The notes under the pieces were generated by a model. It saw only the letters and a list, made by a program, of their open reading frames with translations, was not told where the DNA came from and did not search any database. Position numbers and translations under genes: made by a program. A DNA stretch of 63,714 nucleotides, counting the filler, from Rhabdomonas costata (Eukaryota): the NCBI GenBank assembly GCA_019059605.1. It is 23 parts of 23 records of this genome, joined end to end, with 100 filler letters (N's around TTAATTAATTAA, not from the genome) between each part and the next. Parts side by side here need not be neighbours in the genome. Positions count along the whole stretch, not along the records: positions 11,101 to 13,769 come from JAHMHO010002395.1; positions 13,870 to 16,555 come from JAHMHO010002396.1; positions 16,656 to 19,328 come from JAHMHO010002397.1; positions 19,429 to 22,131 come from JAHMHO010002398.1; positions 22,232 to 24,904 come from JAHMHO010002399.1; 18 more parts are not named here. One strand, given 5' to 3'. Shown piece by piece: positions 12,754 to 23,760 of the stretch. Numbering within the stretch: position 1 is the first letter of the stretch; the number at the start of each line of letters is the position of its first letter.

Positions 12754-13216
12754 TTCATGGATTGTGGGGACGAAGATGCATTGAGGGGACGAAGATGTGC
12801 CGACGCACTGCGAGTAAAGGTGGCCGCAAGCGATGTCTTGGACAGCGTCCCACTCAAGGGTGTCGTTCCCGTGGTCTCCAAGTCGCGGCTGTGGGAAAGA
12901 GAAAAAGGGGAATCGTGAGACAAAGTTTCAAAACTCATAGTAAGCATATAAAATCATTCACCCTTGCCCGCGAAAACAGAGAGGTCGCTATTTTTGCCTT
13001 GCCAGTTGGCGTGATGTTGGATGTTGGGCAGCTGCACGGGGTGCGGTTACACCCGTGCGTCCGGACCACTAATAATTTCGAAGCACAGCAGAAGTGGAGC
13101 AACAGCGCGGAAACAAACCCTTGCCCAGACAGCTTCCAGGTGCCCGTGACAGTGCGAACAAACTCCGCGTCGTTGTCCGTCACCAAAGAAAGCCCAGCGT
13201 AGTACGCGTAGAACTC
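12754..13216 (-). CDS. Calcyphosin-like EF-hand protein, C-terminal exons (13216-13119, 12888-~12754)
   Basis: EFYAYYAGLSLVTDNDAEFVRTVTGTWKL matches the calcyphosin terminal pattern EFxxYYxgvSxxxDxDxxFxxxxxxxWkl. The next exon joins in phase 2. Further exons (~12100-12320) were not resolved. Confidence 0.65.
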
Positions 13217-14142
13217 CTGCCAGCCAGAGTTTGGAAAAAAAGAAACCCGGGAAAAAAAAACGGAGCAACCGTAAGGAGCGCAAACGTGAAAAAACAAAGG
13301 AGCCAGCAGAGAGCAGAGAGAGACCCACTGGACCGGTTTCAATGATTTGCTACTCTAAACTCCACAAACGGCGGGCGGGGCGCCGGATAAGAGGAAGGGG
13401 GAGCAAAGAAAGAAAGAGAGAGGCAAACCCCCCCGTTCCAAGCAAATACGAGCAACTGAAGGAAGTGGGGGAAGGTGGGAGCACAACGAAGCCGAAGGCG
13501 GCATCATTCCCACAGATTCAGAAAAGCAACTATAGTGCGAAAAAATGAAAGGTCGAGCGTAGACACATCCCTTCGGGGAAGAAGACATTAGCATCAAATA
13601 TTAAATGCGCCTTGTGGGTGTTTTCTGATGAATTTTGGTGGGTGAATTTGGTGCCGGGTTTAAACCAGAAAACGCCTGTGCTTCCAAGAGTTTGCTATAT
13701 TTCGCTGATAGTGGTTGTGCTAATGCAATTGAAGGAAACACAGGCGTTTTCTGGTTTAAACCCACCACANNNNNNNNNNNNNNNNNNNNNNNNNNNNNNN
13801 NNNNNNNNNNNNNTTAATTAATTAANNNNNNNNNNNNNNNNNNNNNNNNNNNNNNNNNNNNNNNNNNNNGTGTTTGTTTCTTGGCCCCCTGGCTCCCGTG
13901 GCATGTGCAAGTCTTGCCTTTGCTCGGGGAACGTTGTTCAGGGAAGGCGGCACATACCGTGGGAGAGTGGAGAGGTCCGGTCTCAATTGCAGATACTCTG
14001 GGTGGCTCAAAAGGGGTCTGTTTGGGAAGAAGTCCGCGAATGCAGACCGAGACTAAGCATCTGTTCTCCTTGGAGTGGGCTTGTGTGAAGCGTACTATAA
14101 GCTTGCTCTCTCGCTCTGTGTTCGTGGATATTTTTCCATCAG

Positions 14143-14304
14143 GCCCCGCTGTTGGCATGCTCGGGGAAGCGCCGGTGTGCCTGTGTGGCCTCGAGGCGGT
14201 CAGGGCAGCTGATGGTCGTAGACCTCGAGGAGGACCCCACGGAGGCCAGCAGCGTTAACGCTGAGGACGTGGACATGACCTCTGGCAGTGGGGAGGGGCA
14301 GTAA
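14143..14304 (+). CDS. ANAPC4: Terminal exon of a probable anaphase-promoting complex subunit 4
   Basis: After tttttccatcag: APLLACSGKRRCACVASRRSGQLMVVDLEEDPTE...GQ*. This resembles the APC4 C-terminal motif (pLavSxxRxvaCV...vxDLEED) plus acidic tail. Confidence 0.6.
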   Translation, partial: APLLACSGKRRCACVASRRSGQLMVVDLEEDPTEASSVNAEDVDMTSGSGEGQ

Positions 14305-14739
14305 GAGGTTCTGGACCGCTACGGGGTGGTGTGCAGATGACATGACTGGATGACCTCTATCTTGCGCTACTGAGGGTGCTGCCATTGGGCACGGAACAAT
14401 GTAGTGTCCTGCATTCTTCTTCAAGTTGTGCCTGTGATGTTGCCGGGGGTTAATGTCACACTTGCTGCGACGAGGCGTTTCCTTGTGAGCCCAACTCCCT
14501 TGGAAAACCGTTGCACGTTATTTTTTTCCATCGTGGTGGTTTCCGACGCTTTTTCGCACTCTTTCCTCATTGATTATATCAGCTTCGGGCAGGCTCCGTT
14601 TGTCGTTTCCCTTCCCCTCCTTGGCCTTACAAGGTTGCTCTTCTGGGTGCCGTCGTTCGTGCCTCTGTGCCTATTTCTTATCCCGTGTGTGTGTGTGTGT
14701 GTGTGTGTGTGCGGCGCCTCCATTTCCTCCACCACGCCA

Positions 14740-16524
14740 ATGCTGCTGAAGGTATGCTTCCAAAAGGTCATCCACGCCCTTAGTCTTCCCGCCGAGAGCA
14801 CTGTGGAAGTGCTTCGGCAGGAGATTGAGCGGCTGACTGGAGTCCCGGAGCCTCTCCTGAGACTCTTTGGAGGTGCGTTACCGCCTTCTCTCTGTCGTTC
14901 TCTTGCCCGCTTTTTGTCGTCTGCACTCCCTTATTCCCGTTTTTGTTTTCCCGAATTTGCAATGGGAAGATTGGAAAAAAACCTTGTTGCCGGTTTTGGG
15001 TGAGATTTTGTTGTGAAGAGAGGCCAACGATCCCATTATCGATTTGAATTAGAGAGACAAGTGATTATTCAACTCGAAGGTTCCAGGAAATGATGGGCCG
15101 TCTCAGGAAGGTGTTGGGAGGTGGGGTTCTTTGCTTCTGGCTGCCCTTTACTGTTCGGGTACTTTTCTTTTGCTTGTTTTGCTGGTGTTTTGATGTTCTG
15201 ATGGCTTTTGCGCAGGCTCAGGGGTGGTGCTCCAGGACCGCAGCCGGAGCCTTCTGCAGGCCGGCTTGAAAGGTGGTGCCCCACCCCTCGCTTCAGCGTA
15301 TTTCATTTCCTTCCTCCTTGCGAGCTGTCGTCTGAGGAGGTAAGTTTCATACAGTCTGCTGAGTAAGACGTCTCTCTCTCTTTGTTCTCATCCACACAGT
15401 AACGGTGGATGATGTCAATTGTAAACTTTCGCATCTCAGCCAGATCCCCTCGGATTTGTTATTCCGTAATTATTCTTTCGAGTAGTCCTGAGCTAGGAAT
15501 GACTGACCATTAAGAAAAGAAATGGAGGCGTTGGGATAAGTAGAAATGAGAGGACCCTGAACGATGTCGTGCTTTTATATCGCGATTGTATCAGATTCCC
15601 CCTTCCCCCTGCAAACTGTGGTAATTCAAGGAAAGCGAATGTCGGGCTCACTCTCGCTTTCAAGTGTAGATGGCAGAAGGCGGTGGGGGTTGTTATCCAA
15701 ATTCATTGGTCGTTCCACGTTTCCCAACCCTTTTTCAAAAAGTTTAAGCCTTTTTCATCTATGTGAGGATGTGTTTCGGTGGTCCCCGAGTTGAGGTGCT
15801 CTCCCTGCCTGGTCCGGGAGGAATCCCTCCCGCTCCTGCTTGTTGCTCTGTGTTACATGCAAGCGCCAGAGAGATGCTGACAGCGTGTGCTATATATTTC
15901 GGCCGCGTGCACGTCAGAGGGGAAGGGGGCGGGTTCACACAGAATGCGGGAAGATCTTTGTCGTCGGGGGTGTTCCCAAGAGCGAGCCCGGAGCCGCAGG
16001 AAGCTCCGCGGGGGTGTCCAGCGCAGAGCCATCCTCAACAGCTTCGGGCCCCTGCCCGGGGGGGTCCGCTGAGGTGGACTACTCTGAGAATGTTTTGGCC
16101 TGGAACGCGCTGGGGGAGCTGGTGACCTGCTCGTACCCTCAGGGGAACGTGCTGCAGGACGTCTACGTCTGCCGCACCTGCACGCCCCCTGAGGCCAGTC
16201 CTGCAGGTCATTGTTTTCGGGTGCTTTTGCGGCTTGCTCTGTCATTTTGCGTCTTTCATCAGGAATTCTTTTTTTTTAGTTTTTGCGAATGCAAAAAAAG
16301 TCGGCCCCAAAATTGCAAAAAGAATAAAAGAGTCCTCCTGTCATTGGAAAGGAAATGTGTTCGGGGATGAAGGGTTCATAAGTGAGTGGCCTTTCTCTCC
16401 GGCGGCTATCCTAACCAGGGTGATGCTGCTGCCATTTTTGTGTGCAGGGTTGTGCTACGGCTGCGTGACCGTTTGCCACAAAGGCCATGATGTCATTGAT
16501 CTCTACCCGAAGCGCGGGTTCAGG
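14740..16524 (+). CDS. N-terminal ubiquitin-like domain fused to a UBR7-type UBR-box zinc finger, 5' part; exons 14740-14872, 15216-15272, 15943-16206, 16448-16524
   Basis: All three introns are GT-AG, phase 1. UBL: MLLKVCFQKVIHALSLPAESTVEVLRQEIERLTGVPEPLLRLFG|GSGVVLQDRSRSLLQAGLK|ECGKIFVVG. UBR box: CSYPQGNVLQDVYVCRTC..PA|GLCYGCVTVCHKGHDVIDLYPKRGFR. Confidence 0.85.
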
Positions 16525-17586
16525 GTATTGCTCATCCCTATCCTCTCCGCACGTGNNNNNNNNNNNNNNNNNNNNNNNNNNNNNNNNNNNNNNNNNNNNT
16601 TAATTAATTAANNNNNNNNNNNNNNNNNNNNNNNNNNNNNNNNNNNNNNNNNNNNCTTTCACTTTTAGCCATGTTTACCTCCCCAACGATGCTGACGTGT
16701 TCTTTTCACTGCTACAGTGTATCAAGGACGGTTACTTCCCTTGACTTTGGCTGTGCTCTCTTCTGTGCCTTTGGGCCCGTCTAGTGCACCTTTGCCTTTT
16801 ATTTATACGTCTGATTTTCCAGCGAACACGAAGGATCCGTTCCGCGGGAAATGCCTGCCAATAGCTGCAAAATGGGCCGCTCCGCCTTCCCTGTCTCGAC
16901 TCTTTGCAAGCAGCCCAGCTCGACGTCGACCTGCTCGAAAGCAGCCCTGACCAAATGCTCGCTAACGTTATGTAACAGCGTGAACTGAGACTTGTTGAAC
17001 AGAACTTCTCAGGTAAGATAGAATGAACAATGGGCGAGCATTTCTGTGGTTTTTTTTTGTGGTTTCGTGAGAAATTGCCTTACAACTTTGCACACTACCG
17101 TGAAAACAAGGCCACAAACAGGCAGCACGCCGCTGGCGCCCGCAAATTTACGCCGCAAATCAGGCGATAACCCAGCAGCCTCAAAACGTATCTATCGAAA
17201 TTGACTTTCTATCGACCACGATCACTGCTGTTCGCTCCGTAAACAGAGCAAAATCGCAGCCCCAGTCTCCCTCGAGTCTTCCGTGTGTGCAGCCTCGAAA
17301 TTTCATCGGGTATGCTGCCATCTGCATGTCGACTCAAAGGCACACGTTCGAGACCAGCGGTTTAACTAAGGGCAAAGGACTCCGAATGGGCGCACCCCTG
17401 GAAAAGTACTTCACACGAAGAGAAGCTCATGCGGTGTCACAAGACAGGTGTACATTCACAACGAGGTGCCCGTGAAGGCCACCAGGAACAGCATGCTTAC
17501 ATGTAGGGGTGGGGGCGGTGGCCCCGCCAAAACGTTCCTCCCCTCACAACCCTCACAACCAAACCCCGGCCCCGGAACTCAAGCGC

Positions 17587-19328
17587 TTAGAACGGCAGCC
17601 GCATGGCAATGTTGTGGATGCGGATGCTGTCCAGCAGGAGGCTGGCTCCGCCCTCCCGGAGCAGAACTTCCTGGTTGGCCTTGGCTGTGGGGACCGCGCG
17701 GGTGCGTTGATTTCTATGCACGTATGTGCACAAAAAGCATTTGTTCCGTAATTCTGAGATTTTCTTGCACTGACATTTGATGACGTGCTGAAAGCGAACT
17801 TCAAACCTGCACTGCGGCTGCTGGGGAAACCTCGAAACAATCTTCACTTACATAATTTGGGCCCCTGGGGACCGAAGCCGGAGCAATATGGCATGGTACG
17901 GGTATTTATAACTTTAGCTTGACTGGGAGGTTGGGCCCATAATTGGTGTGATGGCAGTACTCTTGGCTGCTACCCAGCCACTGGCCACATCAGAGTACGC
18001 CCAGTTACAGGAAATTCAAGGGTCCATTTTGAGCCTTTCGGTTTCCTTTTTCTTTGTTGACTAAGCCAAAAAGTGAGCAATTCACTAAAAATAAAATAGG
18101 CCAGCAAGTCATTGTTTGAGAAAGTGGAGGTTTTTTCGAAACTCTGGACCTGGATGAGCCCATTGCCATTTTTCGTGGCTCCCTCTTTACAACGAACTTG
18201 GTCGCACGGAATCAAAGGAGAGAAGCGGGAGCCGAAACATTTGCGCAGGAGAGGTGAAGTTGCAGCAAAAAAAAAGACGAACCCGCGGCAATGGCTCCCA
18301 GGCACCGGCAGGCGTTCGTCACCGCGGTGCGGTCCTCGGGGTATCCGCGCAGCACACGGAGCACAGTCAGCACCCCGTCGTTGTCAGCGATCTCCTTCGA
18401 GGCTGCCTCTGCGTCAACGTGCAGGTGCGTTTACATGGATGCCGCTGAACGGCACACTAAATCTCGCTCGGAAAGGGAACGGATCCGTTGCATAGACACG
18501 CAATGGTGACTTTTAGCAGGAGTTGAAGAAGGTTAAGGGCCAAGCACCTGGAGAGGGCAACACTTAGGGTCCACTATAACCACAAGGTTCATGAACTTCC
18601 GAATTTACGTAACGTAACGTTAATGCGCACAAAAAAGAGAGATAAAGAGGAAGACAGGAGTGATTTGATGACGTTGAACAGAAACAACCTAGCAAGCCCC
18701 CCCCCCAACAGGAACGACACCGTGAATTTCAGTGCGTAGACTACAAACATTTGTAATTTCTATCAAACTATGCATGCCCCAACTTTTCCCAGCTTGAAAG
18801 AGCGTTATTCTTTGCGAGAAGCAAGCGCCTATGTGGAACACGTTTACACACCTGCGATTCAACTCTTGTTAGACGTGATTTCGGAACAACTGAATTTGGG
18901 TGGGGGCAGGGAGCGACAAAGCGCTTACTGCCGCTGAAGGTTTGACCCTGCAGATCTTTAGGGGGTAGCGGCTTTGAGGTGCATAATTATAGGGGGGGAG
19001 GCCGGCGGAGATGGCGAGCCACCGGGACGATTCACGAAATGTTCCCGTTTAACGGATAACGGTGTTGAACGTTCAATGCCACCCCCAATGCAAATGCCCT
19101 GCGATTTCAGTTGAGGGGAAAAGAAAAAATAGGTCTGTGCAGAATTCCTTTGCCACACTAATGATGAGATATTGTGATGTGCGTGTATGTATATGATGGG
19201 GGGTGTCGTGCCGTTGTACTGGTACTGCAGACCACCGAGCTGAAGGGCCTCACAGCACTGCGCGAGCAGCGCGGCCTGCTCCCGGTGGGACTTCATCGCG
19301 TCAACCACCACCCCAAACACACCCGACA
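17587..19328 (-). CDS. Armadillo-type repeat protein, 3' part; exons 19328-~19212, 18408-18283, 17684-17587
   Basis: GVVVDAMKSHREQAALLAQCCEALQ..|EAASKEIADNDGVLTVLRVLRGYPEDRTAVTNACRCLGAIAA|AKANQEVLLREGGASLLLDSIRIH gives two to three ARM-like repeats. Junctions are phase 1. Confidence 0.75.
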
Positions 19329-19578
19329 NNNNNNNNNNNNNNNNNNNNNNNNNNNNNNNNNNNNNNNNNNNNTTAATTAATTAANNNNNNNNNNNNNNNN
19401 NNNNNNNNNNNNNNNNNNNNNNNNNNNNGTTGTTGTTTTGCTGAGACGAGTTGCTTGACCGCTTATTAATCTCGGGTCTAAGTCTAGGCCAAGACATGAA
19501 GGTCCATTTTTTTTGGCCTTTCGACCTTGAAGGGTCCCGGGGTGGTTCATTTTCTTTCTCGGACCCCTTATCTCACAG

Positions 19579-20640
19579 GTCTGCGATGGCACCTCCGGCA
19601 GCTGTCCTGGGGACGCGCTCGTGAAGCGTTCCATCGTCTGCAGGGACGTGGCGGGATCCTGCGATGTCGCTGGTCTCGTTGCTCACTGGCCCCACATGCT
19701 CAACCACCCACACCCACACACCCACTTCACGCAAACACGCGGCATTTCAACCCAATTGCCTTTCACGCGGTGACGGCGAAGGACGAGATTCTTAGTGGGT
19801 AGACACACATACACACACAAACACACTCTCCCACCTACCCAGCCACACTCTGTTACAACATACCATCTCGCCCACACAGAGGTTTGTGACGGGGTGAGCA
19901 CCAACTGCCCTGCCGACGTCAAGGTGGGCAATGGCACTGCTTGCCGTCCTTCAGCTGGGGACTGTGACATTGAGGAGGTCTGCGATGGCAAATCCAATCA
20001 GTGCCCCGCGGATACTCTGCGGGGCTCTGACTTTACCTGCCACCCCTCTGCAGGTATTCGCTCATTGTGCGCCTGAAATAGGACGGCTTCCATACCGGAC
20101 CCTGGGGGGGGGGGAACCGAGCCTCGGAAGACTCCTTTTGACCTTTCACCTTACACACCTTACACAAGCGGGCACACAGTAAAACGCCCTACACCTAAGT
20201 GCCAAGAGGCTCCGTGAAAATGCACCAGTGGCCAGTACAAAAATTCGACCCACCCTCCCCATTGTGGTCAATGTTGGACTGGAAACTATGATGTTCCTTC
20301 CGCCCTTGCACTTTTTTGAGTCCAACACACTGACATGCCGGAAGGGGGTGACGAGATACTGAATTATTGTCCATCTTACGCCCCTTTTTATTTTTATTTC
20401 GAGGTTTGCCAGGTGTTGACGGAACGATGATCGGTGTTGTGGTGGTGGTGGGGAGTGATGGCGTTTTCACACCATCGCAGGCGTTAGGTCCGCGCAGAGT
20501 CGCTCGCACGCCGCGTTTTTGCGGCTTTTTGAGGCACGGGTTTCCCAGCGCACTCACACGCACCATGTATTTTTTTCAGCCACAGGACATGCCACCTCTC
20601 CCTTTCGTTCGTATCGTACCTTCTTTGCCACACCTGGTGT

Positions 20641-20672
<32 letters not shown>

Positions 20673-21034
20673 ACATGGGGGTTAAGCCAACCCTGCGTGA
20701 CCAGACTCAGGGACAAGACACCATGGGCCTACAAGGCTGTGAGGCCCGATGGGCCGATGAAAAATCCCCCATTGAACGTGGGAATGACTGAGGTGATTGG
20801 TTTCAATTTCTTTCTCAGGTTCGTGCGATCTAGCTGAGACCTGTGATGGGACGCACCCAACCTGCCCCCCNNNNNNNNNNNNNNNNNNNNNNNNNNNNNN
20901 NNNNNNNNNNNNNNNNNNNNNNNNNNNNTTCAATTTCTTTCTCAGGTTCGTGCGATCTAGCTGAGACCTGTGATGGGACGCACCCAACCTGCCCCCCTGA
21001 CGTTCTTCGCTCCAGTGGCTATATCTGCCTTGCG
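19579..21034 (+). CDS. Protein with tandem disintegrin-like cysteine-rich repeats; internal exons 19579-19672, 19880-20053, 20819/20946-21034
   Basis: A unit of ~32 aa (ExCDGxSxxCPxD.......Cxxx.GxCDxx) occurs four times. Phase-consistent GT-AG introns. Confidence 0.85.
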
Positions 21035-22234
21035 GTGTGCTGCAAAGCGATTCTGCATATTTCTTCAGTCTTGGGATTTTGGCGTTCGGGGACATGGTGG
21101 CGAACAAGATCTCAAATTCCATCCTGCCTGAACGGGGAGGGGGGGGGCGTTGACGTTTTCGCATGCAAGTGATGGAACGGTCAGGTGTTTTTCGAATCTC
21201 AAGCAAAGGGCAAGTTAACAGCATGCCCGAACCGACATCGCAAAAATAGATGCATTTAGAGGTGTTGACATTGATTACTTAAACCCACGCGCGATCGTTT
21301 TGCACTTCTAAAGGGAGCATCGCCCACACCATGGAACTTCCCCAGCCCACCCGCCGACACATGCTATTTTTTTTTTGCCCATTTTTGCCTATTTGGGCTA
21401 TTTTTTACCTATTTTTTTTTTGGCTAATTTTGAGCATCTTATGGTCGTCATCTTATGATCTTATCGTCTTAAGGTCAAAGTTGCTGCTTTGGGGGGGGGC
21501 CACCCCTTCACAAGAATGGTGCAAGAAGGAATTTCAGGGGAGAACTATGCCTTGGGGCCGTGCCAAAACTTTAGGTATTTGCCATTTTCCACTTTGGAGA
21601 GGATCCTTTTAAACTGCGTTTTGTCATTTAAATAGGATCTTCTTAAAATGCTTAAAGTGCAAAATGTGGCTTTTTTTTTGCCTGCGGCGTCGCTCCGCTC
21701 GGTGCTAACCACCAAAGTTACCCCGATACCGTTCTTCCTCCTTTGCAGCTGTCGAGACGCCGTGAAAAGGCAAATCCAAAACCATTTCGGCCTTAAACTG
21801 GAGCATAACCGCGGTTGCGGATGGCGGAATTTGTACCGTGGAAGTTTTTTTTAGCAACTGGAAACTTTGTTGTCCTGAAGCCTTGGCTTCAGCTGGGCTT
21901 CAGGTGGAAAATTTCTCGATGCAGACTCGGGACCCCCTGCTGGGATGAATAGGGTACTCACACAAATCGGGGGATTGGCCAACCGTCCAGATCGTGAGAT
22001 TACGCCGTTAAGGCTGTGCAAGCATATGACCGCCATGCCCCCAAATTCTCCAGGACCCTCATAAAACTATACGGTTCGGATGTGTGTGGAGCACCCCTCC
22101 CTCCACTCTCTCACACACCTGCCACACACCCNNNNNNNNNNNNNNNNNNNNNNNNNNNNNNNNNNNNNNNNNNNNTTAATTAATTAANNNNNNNNNNNNN
22201 NNNNNNNNNNNNNNNNNNNNNNNNNNNNNNNTGT

Positions 22235-22428
22235 TGGGGAAATGTTATTAATAGTGCATGTTACTTTTGTTCACTCTGTCTGTATATGTTGGGAACAACA
22301 ACAAGAATCCAGCCTGCTCTTTGCCTTAGTCTTCGTTGCAGAAGTGCAGGCTGGATTCTTGTTGTTGTTCCCAACATATACAGACAGAGTGAACAAGAGT
22401 AACATGCACTATTAATAACATTTCCCCA
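22235..22428. repeat. Long inverted repeat (fold-back) at contig start; 83-bp arms, 28-nt loop
   Basis: 22235-22317 is the reverse complement of 22346-22428 with one mismatch. Confidence 0.95.
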
Positions 22429-23229
22429 GCTTACCCCGTTGTTTGGATGTGACGAAACTATATCAAACAGCAAGTGTTTTGCATCAACTTCTTTGTGCTG
22501 CCAAAAAGGAAACGGAAACGTTCAGAAGTGCACCAACCACACTCGCCGTCGCATCTTGTCTCTTGGAATTGGCGATTTAGGCCTTTAGGCCGCTACCAAT
22601 TCTGAAAGATTTGATATAATGTGTACTTGATGGCACCAAATGGTGGTTCCATTCGGAAACCCAGCCATCGGGTCACAGAAATCGTGGTCCTGGAACTGGT
22701 CAGAGCCGCGGGTCCGACCTGAAAAACCAAGAATTTTCAACGGAAAAGTGACCGAAAGTTGGTACGGCGGGGTACGCTATGGAATTTTTTTTTTCGGTTT
22801 TTCGGCTGTTGATGGCAGGTGGTGACGAAAAAAAGAAGCAGGAGAATCAGACCCACCGGGTGAAAGAAAGAAAATGGAAAGAAATGAGGAAAGTCGGATT
22901 TTTGGCAAAGTGGTCGGAAGGAAAGAACCCGAAAACCACAAAATCTGCAGGAAATGAGTGGAAAGTTTAGGTAACTGACGCATTGGTGGAAACAAATGGA
23001 GAATCGCGACAGGAGTGCGACCGGGACAATGTGACGACGAGGTGGGAAATCATACGATGGATGTTGACTGGCCCGATGCGGAAATCAGAAAATCGAAAGT
23101 AAAAGAAAAACTAGGAAACTACAATCTCTCTCGCGCAAAACCTGGAAGAACCGGGAGCAGGTGTGAACTTGCGATGGTGTGTGAAATAGGGTGAACACAA
23201 AAATTACTCAAAATAAACGATGATGTTTC

Positions 23230-23760
23230 ACAATCCGGTGTCCCGCCGGTTGATCATGATGCCAAAGCTGTCCATACACGAGTGCCCCACTTGGACCGCC
23301 AGCGGAGAAACAGAAGGAGAAGTAGGACAGGTCTGTGGTGAGTCGATGGCGGGTACATAATCGACAAGTAAGCGCGCAGAACGTCTGTCAGAAGAGGGTT
23401 GGTGTTGACCAAGTCCTTGGTGGACTTAGCCGATCGGTTAAGGGAGGTCGGTCATGGCGATGTCGGCTTCCAAAAGCGTCGGCCGTCAGTCGTGGGGAGG
23501 TTCTTTTCGTGGAGCTTTTGCAGAACCCTCTTGATGGAGACTTTGGGGTGTTGGGCCTGGTGGTTCGACCGTTTGGTGTACAAGGCCATGCCGGCGGAAG
23601 CCCGGACGAAAAATGGGGCGGCATTTTCGACGTTCAGGGATTGTAGTTGTTCGACAAGTTCTGGTGGTCTAGCACGAAAAACTCTTTGCGGGGGGCTTTG
23701 CGTGGGCCGGTCGATAGCAATTCGATACCTATGGAATCAAGCCGGTTGGGCATTGGCGGG
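23230..23760 (-). mobile_element. Possible decayed tyrosine-recombinase element fragment
   Basis: Minus-strand stop/frameshift-broken reading: SIKRVLQKLHEKNLPTTD...NPLLTDVLRAYL...YFSFCFSAGGPSGAL. It is collinear with the fragment at 59330-59700. No splice signals. Confidence 0.3.

Noticed and set aside
20802-20997. Duplicated 69-bp exon start flanking a 58-N gap, read as exon duplication
   Set aside because: 20802-20870 is identical to 20929-20997 on either side of a scaffold gap and ends in a C run. This is typical of an unmerged overlap.
22775-22805. Spliced-leader RNA-like ctat...tttttttttcggt
   Set aside because: Only the T-run plus CGGT resembles a euglenid leader end. The upstream leader sequence and Sm-site context are missing.
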